Shown: positions 28,901 to 43,800 of the stretch, piece after piece
Position numbering within the stretch: the first letter of the stretch is position 1
How the letters are laid out: each line of letters begins with the position of its first letter
NCBI RefSeq assembly: GCF_009914755.1
Contig: NC_060933.1
Length of the DNA stretch: 64,000 nucleotides
Strand: one strand, 5' to 3'
From: the human T2T-CHM13v2.0 reference genome, Homo sapiens
Translations under genes and position numbers: made by a program
Notes under the pieces: generated by a model
Told to the model about the DNA's origin: nothing
What the model saw: the letters and a program-made list of their open reading frames with translations, nothing else
Database searches by the model: none

Positions 28901-30196
28901 AATGCAACGGAATGGAACGGAATGGAATGGAATGGAATGGAATGGAATGGTATGGAATGGAATGGAATGGTACGGAATAGAATGGAATGGAACGAATTGT
29001 AATGGAATGGAATTGAAGGGAATGGAATGGAATGGAATGGAATCAACGCGAGTGCAGGGGAATGTAATGGAACGGAATGCAATGGAATGGAATCATCCGG
29101 AATGGAATGGAATGGAATGGAATGGAATGGAATGGAATGGAATGGAATGCAATGGAATGGAATCAACCCGAGTACAATGTAACGGAATGGATTGGAATGT
29201 AACGTAATGTAATGTAATGGAATGGAATGGAATGGAATGGAATCAACCCGAGTGCAATGGAATGGAGTGGAATGGAATGGAATGGAATGGAATGGAACAA
29301 CCCGAATGGAATGCAATGTAATGGAGAGTAAGGGAGTTGAATAGAATCAATCCGAATGTAATGGAATGGAATGGAACGGAATGGAATGGAATGGAATGGA
29401 ATGGAATGCAATGGAATCGAATCAACCCGAGTGCCATGGAATGGAGAGGAATGGAATGGAATGGAATGGAAACTACCCGAATGGAATGGAATGTAATGGA
29501 GTGTAAGGGAATTGAATAGAATCAATCCGAATGTAATGGAATGGAATGGAACGGAATGGAATGGAATGGAATGGAATGGAATGGAATGGAATCAACCCGA
29601 GTGCAATCGAATGGAATCGAATGGAATGGAATGCAATGGAATGGATTCAACTTGAATGGAATGGAAAGAATGAAATCAACACGAGTGGAATGGCATGGAT
29701 TGGAATGGAATGGAATGGAATCAACCCGAGTACAGGGGAATGGAATGGAATGGAATGCAATGGAATGGAATCATCCGTAATGGAATGGAAAGGAATGGAA
29801 CGGAAAGGAATCAACTCGATTGCTATCGAATGGAATGGAATGGAATTAACCCGAATGGAATGGAATGGAATGGAATGGAACGGAACGGAATGGAATGGAA
29901 TGGAATGGAATGGAATGGAACGGAACGGAATGGAATGGAATGGAATGGAATGGAATGGAATGGAATCAACGCGAGTGCAGGGGAATGGAATGGAATGGAA
30001 TGCAATGGAATGGAATATTCCGGAATGGAATGGAATGGAATGGAATGGAATGAAATGCAATGGATTCAACTCGATTGCAATGGAATGGAATAGAATGGAA
30101 TGGAATGGAATGGAATGGAATTAATCCGAATAGAATGGAATGGAATGGAATGGAACGGAATGGAACGGAATGGAATGGAATGGAATGGAATGGAAT
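25984..30196 (+). repeat. Higher-order unit family 2, copy B (~4.21 kb)
   Basis: Near-identical to 21766-25983. Copy-specific markers stop matching after ~30.2 kb. Confidence 0.88.
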
Positions 30197-32329
30197 GGTA
30201 TGGAATGGAATGGAATGGTACGGAATAGAATGGAATGGAAAGAATTGTAATGGAATGGAATTGAATGGAATGGAATGGAATCAACGCGACTGCAGGGGAA
30301 TGTAATGGAACGGAATGCAATGGAATGGAATCATCCGGAATGGAATGGAATGGAATGGAATGGAATGGAATGGAATCAACCCGAGTGCAATGGAATGGAG
30401 TAGAATGGAATGGAATGGAATGGAACAACCCGAATGGAGTGGAATGTAACGGAGAGTAACGGAGTTGAATAGAATCAATCCGAATGTAATGGAATGGAAT
30501 GCAACGGAATGGAAAGGAATGGAATGGAATGGAATGGAATGGAATGGAATGGAATCGTTCCGAGTGGAATAGGAGGGAATGTGTTCGAGTGGAATGGAAA
30601 GGAATGGTATCAACCAGAGTGGAATGGAAGGGAATGGAATGGAATGGAAACTAATAGAATGGAATCAACCCGAGTGGAATGGAATGGAAAGGACTGGAAT
30701 GGAATGGAATGGAATGGAATCAACTCGATTGTAATGGAATGGAATGGAATGGAATGGAATGGAATGGAATTAACCCGAATACAATGGAATGGAATGGAAT
30801 GGAACGGAATGGAGTGGAATGGAATGGAATCAACCCGAGTGCAGGGGAATGGAATGGAATGGAATGCAATGGAATGGAATCACCCGGAATGGAATGGAAT
30901 GGAATGGAATGCAAAGCAATGGAATCAACTCGATTGCAATGGAATGGAATGGAATGGAAAGGAATATATTGGAATCAACGCGAGTGGAATGGAATGGAAA
31001 GGACTGGAATGGAGTGGAATGGAATGGAATGGAATGGAATGGAATCAACTCGATTGGAATGGAATGGAATGGAATGGAAAGGAATTAACCCGAATAGAAT
31101 GGATGGAATGGAAAGGAAAGGAACGGAATGGAATGGAATGGAATGGAATGGAATGGAATGGAATGGAATCAACCCGACTGCAGGGTAATGGAATGGAATG
31201 GAATGCAATGGAATGGATTCAACTTGAATGGAATTGAAAGAATGGAATCAACACGAGTGGAATGGCATGGATTGGAATGGAATGGAATGGAATCAACCCG
31301 AGTACAGGGGAATGGAATGGAATGGAATGCAATGGAATGGAATCATCCGTAAAGGAATGGAAAGGAATGGAATGGAATGGAATAGAATGGAATGGAATCA
31401 ACTCGATTGCAATCGAATGGAATGGAATGGAATTAAACCGAATAGAATGGAATGGAACGGAATGGAACGGAACGGAACGGAATGGAATGGATTGGAATGG
31501 AATGGAATGGAATGGAATGGAATGGAATGGAACGGAAAGGAATGGAATGGAATGGAATGGAATGGAATGGAATGGAATGGAATCAACGCGAGTGCAGGGG
31601 AATGGAATGGAATGGAATGCAATGGAATGGAATCTTCCGGAATGGAATGGAATGGTATGGAATGGAATGGAATCAACCCGAGTGCAATGGAATGGAGTGG
31701 AATGGAATGGAATGGAATGGAACAACCCGAATGGAATCGAATGTAATGGAGAGTAAGTGAGTTGAATAGAATCAATCCGAATGTAATGGAATGGAATGGA
31801 ATGGAATGGAATTGAATGGAATGGAATGGAATGCAATGGAATGGAATAAACCCGAGTGCAATGGAATGGAGAGGAATGGAATGGAATGGAATGGAAACTA
31901 CCCGAATGGAATGGAATGTAATGGAGTGTAAGGGAATTGAATAGAATCAATCCGAATGTAATGGAATGGAATGGAACGGAATGGAATGGAATGGAATGGA
32001 ATGGAATGGAATGCAATGCAATGGAATGGAATCAACCCGAGTGCAATCGAATGGAATCGAATGGAATGGAATGCAATGGAATGGATTCAACTTGAATGGA
32101 ATGGAAAGAATGGAATCAACACGAGTGCAATGGCTTGGATTGGAATGGAATGGAATGGAATCAACCCGAGTACAGGGGAATGGAATGGAATGGAATGCAA
32201 TGGAATGAAATCATCCGTAATGGAATGGAAAGAATGGAATGGAAAGGAATGGAATGGAATGGAACGGAATGCAATGGAATGGAATCATCCGGAATGGAAT
32301 GGAATGGAATGGAATGGAATGGAATCAAC

Positions 32330-33820
32330 CTGAGTGCAATGGAATGGAGTGGAATGGAATGGAATGGAATGGAACAACCCAAATGGAATGGAACGTAATG
32401 GAGAGTAAGGGAGTTGAATAGAATCAATCCGAATGTAATGGAATGGAATGCAACGGAATGGAATGGAATGGAATGGAATGGAATGGAATGCAATGGAATG
32501 GAATCAACCCGAGTACAATGGAATGGAATGGAATGGAATGGAATGGAATGGAATGGAATGCCTTCAAACCGAATGGAATGGAAAGGAATGGAATCAACAC
32601 GAGTGGAATGGAATGGAATGGAATGGAATGGAATGATACGGAATAGAATGGAATGGAACGAAATGGAATGGAATGGAATGGAATGGAATGGAATGGAATG
32701 GAATGGAATGGAACGGAATCGTTCCGAGTGGAATAGGAGGGAATGTATTCGAGTGGAATGGAAAGGAATGGAATCAACCAGAGTGGAATGGAAGGGAATG
32801 GAATGGAATGGAAACTAATAGAATGGAATCAACCCGAGTGGAATGGAATGGAAAAGACTGGAATGGAAAGGAATGGAATGGAATGGAATGGAATGGAATG
32901 GAATGCAATGGAATGGAATGGAATGGAATCAACGCGAGTGCAGGGGAATGGAATGGAATCGAATGGAATGGAATGGAATGGAATGGAATCAACCCGAGTG
33001 CAGGGGAATGTAATGGAACGGAATGCAATGGAATGGAATCATCCGGAATGGAATGGAATGGAATGGAATGGAATCAACCCGAGTGCAATGGAATGGAGTG
33101 GAATGGAATGGAATGGAATGGAACAACCCGAATGGAGTGGAATGTAATGGACAGTAAGGGAGTTGAATAGAATCAATCCGAATGTAATGCAATGGAATGC
33201 AACGGAATGGAATGGAATGGAATGGAATGGAATGGAATGCAATGGAATGGAATCAACCCGAGTACAATGGAATGGAATGGAATGGAATGGAATGGAATGG
33301 AATGGAATGGAATGCCTTCAAACCGAATGGAATGGAAAGGAATGGAATCAACACGAGTGGAATGGAATGGAATGGAATGGAACGGAATGGAATGGAATGA
33401 TACGGAATAGAATGGAATGGAACGAAGTGGAATGGAATGGAATGGAATGGAACGGAATGGAATGGAATGGAATGGAATGGAATGGAATGGAATGGAATGG
33501 AATGGAATGGAATCGTTCCGAGTGGAATAGGAGGGAATGTATTCGAGTGGAATGGAAAGGAATGGAATCAACCAGAGTGGAATGGAAGGGAATGGAATGG
33601 AAACTAATAGAATGGAATCAACCCGAGTGGAATGGAATGGAAAGACTGGAATGGAATGGAATGGAATGGAATGGAATCAACTCGATTGTAATGGAATGGA
33701 ATGGAATGGAATGGAATGGAATGGAATTAACCCGAATACAATGGAATGGAATGGAATGGAACGGAATGGAGTGGAATGGAATGGAATCAACCCGAGTGCA
33801 GGGGAATAGAATGCAATGGA
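32330..33820 (+). repeat. Diverged ~750-bp tandem duplication
   Basis: The GTAAGGGAGTTG cassette at ~32400 and ~33149, GCCTTCAAACCG at ~32560 and ~33314, and CGTTCCGAGT at ~32720 and ~33514 recur in the same order (ORFs 32414/33163, offset 749). Confidence 0.7.
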
Positions 33821-35839
33821 ATGGAATCATCCGGAATGGAATGGAATGGAATGGAATGCAAAGCAATGGAATCAACTCGATTGCAATGGAATGGAATGGA
33901 ATGGAAAGGAATACATTGGAATCAACCCGAGTGGAATGGAATGGAAAGGACTGGAAAGGAGTGGAATGGAATGCAATTGAATGGAATGGAATCAACTCGA
34001 TTGGAATGGAATGGAATGGAATGGAATGAAATGGAATGGAATGGAATTAACCCGAATAGAATGGAATGGAATGGAATGGAACGGAACGGAACGGAATGGA
34101 ATGGAATGGAATGGAATGGAATGGAATCAACCCGACTGCAGGGGAATGGAATGGAAGGGAATGCAATGGAATGGATTCAACTTGAATGGAATGGAAAGAA
34201 TGGAATCAACACGAGTGGAATGGCATGGATTGGAATGGAATGGAATGGAATCAACCCGAGTACAGGGGAATGGAATGGAATGGAATGCAATGGAATGGAA
34301 TCATCCGTAATGGAATGGAAAGGAATGGAATGGAATGGAATGGAATGGAATCAACTCGATTGCAATCGAATGGAATGGATTGGAATTAACCCGAATAGAA
34401 TGGAATGGAATGGAATGGAAAGGAACGGAACGGAACGGAATGGAATGGAATGGAATGGAATGGAATGGAACGGAATGGAATGGAACGGAATGGAATGGAA
34501 TGGAATGTAATGGAATGGAATGGAATGATACGGAATAGAATGGAATGGAACGAAATGGAATGGAATGGAATGGAATGGAATGGAATGGAATGGAATGGAA
34601 TGGAATCGTTCCGAGTGGAATAGGAGGGAATGTATTCGAGTGGAATGGAAAGGAATGGTATCAACCAGAGTGGAATGGAAGGGAATGGAATGGAATGGAA
34701 ACTAATAGAATGGAATCAACCCTAGTGGAATGGAATGGAAAGGACTGGAATGGAATGGAATGGAATGGAATCAACTCGATTGTAATGGAATGGAATGGAA
34801 TGGAATGGAATGGAATGGAATGGAATGGAATTAACCCGAATACAATGGAATGGAATGGAATGGAACGGAATGGAGTGGAATGGAATGGAATCAACCCGAG
34901 TGCAGGGGAATGGAATGGAATGGAATGCAATGGAATGGAATCATCCGGAATGGAATGGAATGGAATGGAATGCAAAGCAATGGAATCAACTCGATTGCAA
35001 TGGAATGGAATGGAATGGAAAGGAATACATTGGAATCAACCCGTGTGGAATGGAATGGAAAGGACTGGAATGGAGTGGAATGGAATGGAATGGAATGGAA
35101 TCAACTCGATTGGAATGGAATGGAATGGAATGGAATGGAATTAACCCGAATAGAATGGAATGGAATGGAATGGAACGGAACGGAATGGAATAGAATGGAA
35201 TGGAATGGAATGGAATGGAATGGAATGGAATCACCCCGAATGCAGGGGAATGGAATGGAATGGAATGGAATGGAATGGAATGGAATCAACCCGACTGCAG
35301 GGGAATGGAATGGAATGGAATGCAATGGAATGGATTCAACTTGAATGGAATGGAAAGAATGGAATCAACACGAGTGGAATGGCATGGATTGGAATGGAAT
35401 GGAATGGAATCAACCCGAGTACAGAGGAATGGAATGGAATGGAATGCAATGGAATGGAATCATCCGTAATGGAATGGAAAGGAATGGAATGGAATGGAAT
35501 GGAATGGAATGGAATGGAATGGAATCAATCCCAGAGCAATGGAATGGAGTGGAATGGAATGGAATGGAATGGAACAACCCGAATGGAATGGAATGTAATG
35601 GAGAGTAAGGGAGTTGAATAGAATCAATCCGAATGTAATGGAATGGAATGCAACGGAATGGAATGGAATGGAATGGAATGGAATGCAATGGAATGGAATC
35701 AACCCGAGTACAATGGAATGGAATGGAATGGACTGGAATGGAATGGAATGCAATGGAATGGAATGGAATGGAATGCCTTCAAACCGAATGGAATGGAAAG
35801 GAATGAAATCAACACGAGTGGAATGGAATGGAATGGAAT

Positions 35840-38800
35840 GGAACAGAACGGAATGGAATGGAAAGGAATGGAACGGAACGGAATGGAATGGAATGGAATG
35901 AAATGGAATCAACGCGAGTGCAGGGGAATGGAATGGAATGGAATGCAATGGAATGGAAACTTCCGGAATGGAATGGAATGGAATGAAATGCAATGGATTC
36001 AACTCGATTGCAATGGAATGGAATAGAATGGAATGGAATGGAATGGAATGGAATGGAATATATCCGAATAGAATGGTATGGAACGGAATGGAACGGAATG
36101 GAACGGAATGGAATGGAATGGAATGGAATGGAATGGCATGGAATGGAATGGAATGGTACGGAATAGAATAGAATGGAACGAATTGTAATGGAATGGAATT
36201 GAATGGAATGGAATGGAATGGAATGGAATCAACGCGAGTGCAGGGGAATGTAATGGAACGGAATGCAATGGAATGTAATCATCCGGAATGGAATGGAATG
36301 GAATGGAAAGGAATGGAATCAACCCGAGTGCAATGGAATGGAGTGGAATGGAATGGAATGGAATGGAACAACCCGAATGGAATGGAATGTAATGGAGAGT
36401 AAGGGAGTTGAATAGAATCAATCCGAATGTAATGGAATGGAATGCAACGGAATGGAATGGAATGGAATGGAATGGAATGCAATGGAATGGAATCAACCCG
36501 AGTACAATGGAATGGAATGGAATGGAATGGAATGGAATGGAATGGAATGATACGGAATGGAATGGAATGGAACGAAATGGAATGGAATGGAATGGAATGG
36601 AATGGAATGGAATGGAATGGAATCGTTCCGAGTGGAATAGGAGGGAATGTATTCGAGTGGAATGGAAAGGAATGGAATCAACCAGAGTGGAATGGAAGGG
36701 AATGGAATGGAATGGAAACTAATAGAATGGAATCAACCCGAGTGGAATGGAATGGAAAGGACTGGAATGGAATGGAATGGAATGGAATCAACTCGATTGT
36801 AATGGAATGGAATGGAATGGAATGGAATGGAATGGAATGGAATGGAATTAACCCGAATACAATGCAATGGAATGGAATGGAACGGAATGGAGTGGAATGG
36901 AATGGAATCAACCCGAGTGCAGGGGAATGGAATGGAATGGAATGCAATGGAATGGAATCATCCGGAATGGAATGGAATGGAATGGAATGCAAAGCAATGG
37001 AATCAACTCGATTGCAATGGAATGGAATGGAATGGAAAGGAATACATTGGAATCAACCCGAGAGGAATGGAATGGAAAGGACTGGAATGGAGTGGAATGG
37101 AATGGAATGGAATGGAATGGAATGGAATGGAATGGAATCAACTTGATTGGAATGGAATGGAATGGAATGGAATGGAATGGAATCAACCCGACTGCAGGGG
37201 AATGGAATGGAATGGAATGCAATGGAATGGATTCAACTTGAATGGAATGGAAAGAATGGAATCAACACGAGTGGAATGGCATGGATTGGAATGGAATGGA
37301 ATGGAATCAACCCGAGTACAGGGGAATGGAATGGAATGGAATGCAATGGAATGGAATCATCCGTAATGGAATGGAAAGGAATGGAATGGAATGGAATGGA
37401 ATGGAATCGACTCGATTGCAATCGAATGGAATGGAATGGAATTAACCCGAATAGAATGGAATGGAATGGAACGGAAAGGAATGGAATGGAATGGAATGGA
37501 ATGGAATGGAATGGAATGGAATGGAATTAACGCGAGTGCAGGGGAATGGAATGGAATGGAGTGCAATGGAATGGAATCTTCCGGAATGGAATGGAATTGA
37601 ATGGAATGGAATGGAATGGAATGGAATCAACCCGAGTGCAATGGAATGGAGTGGATTGGAATGGAATGGAATGGAACAACCCGAATGGAATGGAATGTAA
37701 TGGAGACTAAGGGAGTTGAATAGAATCAATCCGAATGTAATGGAATGGAATGGAACGGAATGGAATTGAATGGAATGGAATGGAATGCAATGGAATCGAA
37801 TCAACCCGAGTGCACTGGAATGGAGAGGAATGGAATGGCATGGAATGGAAACTACCCGAATGGAATGGAATGTAATGGAGTGTAAGGGAATTGAATAGAA
37901 TCAATCCGAATGTAATGGAATGGAAAGGAACGGAATGGAATGGAATGGAATGGAATGGAATGGAATGCAATGGAATGTAATCAACCCGAGTGCAATCGAA
38001 TGGAATCCAATGGAATGGAATGCAATGGAATGGATTCAACTTGAATGGAATGGAAAGAATGGAATCAACACGAGTGGAATGGCATGGATTGGAATGCAAT
38101 GGAATGGAATCAACCCCAGTACAGGGGAATGGAATGGAATGGAATGCAATGGAATGGAATCATCCGTAATGGAATGGAAAGGAATGGAATGGAATGGAAT
38201 GGAATGGAATGGAATGGAATGGATTGGAATAAACTCGATTGCAATCGAATGGAATGGAATGGAATTAACCCGAATAGAATGGAATGGAATGGAATGGAAC
38301 GGAACGGAATGGAATGGAATGGAATGGAATGGAATGGAACGGAACGGAACGGAACGGAACGGAATGGAATGGAATGGAATGGAATGGAATGGAATGGAAT
38401 GGAATCAACGCGAGTGCAGGGGAATGGAATGGAATGGAATGCAATGGAATGGAATCTTCCGGAATGGAATGGAATGGAATGGAAAGGAATGGAATGAAAT
38501 GCAATGGATTCAACTCGATTGCAATGGAATGGAGTAGAATGGAATGGAATGGAATTAACTCGAATAGAATGGAATGGAATGGAATGGAACGGAATGGAAC
38601 GGAATGGAATGGAATGGAATGGGATGGAATGGAATTGAATGGAATGGAATGGAATGGAATGGAATCAACGCGAGTGCAGGGGAATGTAATGGAACGGAAT
38701 GCAATGGAATGGAATCTTCCGGAATGGAATGGAATGGAATGGAATGGAATGGAATCAACCCGAGTGCAATGGAATGGAGTGGAATGGAATGGAATGGAAT

Positions 38801-41800
38801 GGAACAACCCGAATGGAATGGAATGTATTGGAGAGTAAGGGAGTTGAATAGAATCAATCCGAATGTAATGGAATGGAATGCAACGGAATGGAATGGAATG
38901 GAATGGAATGGAATGCAAAGGAATGGAATTAACCCGAGTGGAATGGCATGGAATGGAATGCAATGGAATGGAATGGAATGGAATCAACTCGAGTGGAAAG
39001 GAATGGAATGGAATGGAAAGGAATGGAATGAAATCAACTCGAGTGGAATGGAATGGAATGGAATAGATTGGAATGGATTGCAACGGAATGAAATGGAATG
39101 GAATGGAATCAATCATTCCGAGTGGAATGGAAGGGAATGTAATGGAATGGAAAGAAGGGAATGGAATCAACCCGATTGGAATGCAAGGCAATGGAATGGA
39201 ATGGAAAGAAATGGAATGGAATCAACTCGATTGCAATGGAATGGAATGGAATGGAATGGAATGGAATGGAATTAACCGGAATAGAATGGAATGCAATGGA
39301 ATGGAACGGAATGGAATGGAATGGAAGGTAATGGAATCAACACGAGTGCAGAGGAATGGAATGGAATGGAATGCAATGGAATGGAATCATCCGGAATGGA
39401 ATGGAATGGAATGGAATCAACTCCATTGCAATGAAATGGAATGGAATGCAATGCAATAGAATGGAATGGAATTAAACCGAATAGAATGGAATGCAATAGA
39501 ATGGAATGGAACGGAACCGAATGGAGTGGAATGGAATGGAATGGAATCAACGTGAGTGCAGGGGAATGGAATGGAATGGAATGCAATGGAATGGAATCAT
39601 CCGGAATGGAATGGAATGGAATGGAATGGAATGGAATGGAATCAAACCGAGTGCAATGGAATGGAGTGAAATGGAATGGAATGGAATGGAAACAACCAGA
39701 ATGGATTGGAATATAATGGAGTGTAAGGGAATTGAATAGAATCAATCTGAGTGTAATGAAATGGAATTGAACGGAATGGAATGGAATGGAATGGAATGGA
39801 ATGGAATCAACCCGAGTGCAATGGAATGGATTTGAATGGAATGGAATGGAGTGGATTGGATTCAACCCAAATGGAATGGAAAGGAATGGAATCAACCTGA
39901 GTGGAATGGCATGGAATGGAATGGAATGGAATGGAATGGTTCGGAATAGAATGGATTGGAACAAAATGGAATGGAATGGAATGGAATGGAATGGAATGGA
40001 ATGGAATGGAATGGAATGGAATCCAGTCGATTGCAATGGAATAGAATGGAATGGAATGGAACGGATTGGAATGGAATGGAATGGAATGGAATGGAATGGA
40101 ATGGAATGGAATGGAATGGAATTAAATGGAATGGAATGGAATGGAATCAACCCGAGTGTAGGGGACAGGAATGGAATGGAATGCAATGGAATGGAATGGA
40201 ATGGAATGGAATGGAATGGAATCAACCCGAGTGGAATGGCATGGAATGGAATGCAATGGAATGGAATGGAATGGAAACAACTCGAGTGGAAAGGAATGGA
40301 ATGGAATGGAAAGGAATGGAATGGAATGGAATGGAATTGAATGGAATGCAATGCAATGGAATGGAATCAACCCGAGTGCAATCGAATGGAATCGAATGGA
40401 ATGGAATGCAATGGAATGGATTCAACATGAATGGAATGGAAAGAATGGAATCAACACGAGTGGAATGGCATGGATTGGAATGGAATGGAATGGAATCAAC
40501 CCGAGTACAGGGGAATGGAATGGAATGGAATGCAATGGAATGGAATCATCCGTAATGGAATGGAAAGGAATGGAATGGAATGGAATGGAATGGAATTGAA
40601 TGGAATGGAATCAACTCGATTGCAATCGAATGGAATGGAATGGAATTAACCCGAATAGAATGGAATGGAATGGAATGGAACGGAACGGAATGGAATGGAA
40701 TGGAATGGAACGGAACGGAACGGAATGGATGTAATGGAATGGAATGGAATGGAATGGAATCAACGCGAGTGCAGGGTAATGGAATGGAATGGAATGCAAT
40801 GGAATGGAATCTTCCGGAATGGAATGGAATGGAATGGAATGGAATGAAATGCAATTGATTCAACTCGATTGCAATGGAATGGAATAGAATGGAATGGAAT
40901 GGAATGGAATGGAATGGAATTAACCCGAATAGAATGGAATGGAATGCAATGGAATGGAATCAACCCGAGTACAATGGAATGGAATGGAATGGAATGGAAT
41001 GGAATGGAATGGAATGGAATGGAATGCCTTCAAACCGAATGGAATGGAAACGAATGGAATCAACACGAGTGGAATGGAATGGAATGGAATGGAACGGAAT
41101 GGAATGGAATGATACGTAATACAATGGAATGGAACGAAATGGAATGGAATGGAATGGAATGGAATGGAATGGAATGGAATGGAATGGAATCAACGCGAGT
41201 GCAGGGTAATGTAATGGAACGGAATGCAATGGAATGGAATCATCCGGAATGGAATGGAATGGAATGGAATGGAATGGAATGGAATGGAATCAACCCGAGT
41301 GCAATGGAATGGAGTGGAATGGAATGGAATGGAATGGAACAACCCGAATGGAATGGAATGTAATGGAGAGTAAGGGAGTTGAATAGAATCAATCCGAATG
41401 TAATGGAATGGAATGCAACGGAATGGAATTGAATGGAATGCAATGGAATGGAATGGAATGCAAAGGAATGGAATCAACCCGAGTGGAATGGCATGGAATG
41501 GAATGCAATGGATTGGAATGGAATGGAATCAACTCGAGTGGAAAGGAATGGAATGGAATGGAAAGGAATGGAATGAAGTCAACTCGAGTGGAATGGAATG
41601 GAATGGAATGGATTGGAATGGATTGCAATGGAATGAAATGGAATGGAATGGAATGGAATCAATCATTCCGAGTGGAATGGAAGGGAATGTAATGGAGTGG
41701 AAAGAAGGGTATGGAATCAACCCGAGTGGAATGCAAGGCAATGGAATGGAATGGAAAGGAATGGAATGGAAACAACTCGATTGCAATGGAATGGAATGGA

Positions 41801-43800
41801 ATGGAATGGAATGGAATGGAATGGAATGGAATGGAATTAACCGGAATAGAATGGAATGGAATGGAATGGAACGGAATGGAATGGAATGGAATGGAATGGA
41901 ATGGAATCAACACGAGTGCAGGGGAATGGAATGGAATGGAATGCAATGGAATGGAATCATCCGGAATGGAATGGAAATGAATGGAATGGAATGGAATAGA
42001 ATGGAATGGAATTAACCCGAATAGAATGGAATGCAATAGAATGGAATGCAACGGAACCGAATGGAGTGGAATGGAATGGAATGGAATCAACCCGAGTACA
42101 GGGGAATGGAATGGAATGGAATGCAATGGAATGGAGTCATCCGTAATGGAATGGAAAGGAATGGAATGGAATGGAATGGAATGGAATGGAATGGAATGGA
42201 ATCAACTCGATGGCAATCGAATGGAATGGAATGGAATTAACCCGAATAGAATGGAATGGAATGGAATGGAACGGAACGGAATGGAATGGAATGGAATGGA
42301 ATGGAATCAACGCGAGTGCAGGGGAATGGAATGGAATGGAATGGAATGGAATGGAATCTTCCGGAATGGAATGGAATGGAATGAAAGGCAATGGATTCAA
42401 CTCGATTGCAATGGAATGGAATAGAATGGAATGGAATGGAATGGAATGGAATGGAATTGAATGGAATGGAATGCCTTCAAACCGAATGGAATGGAAAGGA
42501 ATGGAATCAACACGAGTGGAAAAGAATGGAATGGAAAGGAAAGGAATGGAATGGAATGGTACGGAATAGAATGGAATGGAACGAACTGGAATTGAATGGA
42601 ATGGAATGGAATGGAATGGAATGAAATGGAATCGATCCGAGTGGAATAGGAGGGAATGTATTCGAGTGGAATGGAAAGGAATAGAATCAACCAGAGTGGA
42701 ATGGAAGGGAATGGAATGGAATGGAAACTAATAGAATGGAATCAACCCGAGTGGAATGGAATGGAAAGGACTGGAATGGAATGGAATGGAATGGAATGGA
42801 ATGGAATGGAATCAACTCGATTGTAATGGAATGGAATGGAATGGAATGGAATGGAATGGAATGGAATGGAATGGAATTAACCCGAATAAAATGGAATGGA
42901 ATGGAATGGAACGGAATGGAGTGGAATGGAATGGAATCAACCCGAGTGCAGGGGAATGGAATGGAATAGAATGCAATGGAATGGAATCATCCGGAATGGA
43001 ATGGAATGGAATGGAATGCAAAGCAATGGAATCAACTCGATTGCAATGGAATGGAATGGAATGGAAAGGAATAGAATGGAATCAACCCGAGCGCAATGGA
43101 ATGGAGTGGAATGGAATGGAATGGAATGGAACAACCCGAATGGAATGGAATGTAATGGAGAGTAAGGGAGTTGAATAGAATCAATCCGAATGTAATGGAA
43201 TGGAACGGAATGGAATGGAATGGAATGGAATGGAATGGAATGGAATGGAATGCAATGGAATGGAATCAACCCTAGTACAATGGAACGGAATGGAATGGAA
43301 TGTAATGGAATGGAATGGAATGGAATGGAATGCAATGGAATGGAATCAACCCGAGTACAATGGAATGGAACGGAATGGAATGGAATGGAATGGAATGGAA
43401 TGGAATGGAATGGAATGGAATGGAATGCAATGGAATGGAATCAACCCGAGTGCAATCGAAAGGAATCGAATGGAATGGAATGCAATGGAATGGAATCAAC
43501 TTGAATGTAATGGAAAGAATGGAATCAACACGAGTGGAATGGCATGGATTGGAATGGAATGGAATGGAATCAACCCGAGTACAGGGGAATGGAATGGAAT
43601 GGAATGCAATGGAATGGAATCATCCGTAATGGAATGGAAAGGAATGGAATGGAATGGAATGGAATGGAATGGAATGGAATGGAATGGAATCAACTCGATT
43701 GCAATCGAATGGAATGGAATGGAATTAACCCGAATAGAATGGAATGGAATGGAATGCAACGGAACGGAATGGAATGGAATGGAATGGAATGGAATGGAAT
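35840..43800 (+). repeat. Higher-order unit family 3, copy U1 (~7.96 kb)
   Basis: Marker GGAACAGAACGG...GGAAACTTCCGG...ATATCCGAAT starts at 35840, 43801 and 49331. ORF offsets are 7961-7966 (35938->43899) and 13521-13526 (36678->50199, 38878->52404). Confidence 0.88.
35955..35969. promoter_or_regulatory. HSE motif variant gGAAacTTCcgGAAt (also 43916, 49446, 60946)
   Basis: Consensus GAA/TTC/GAA intact, with a substitution at a free position. Confidence 0.5.
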
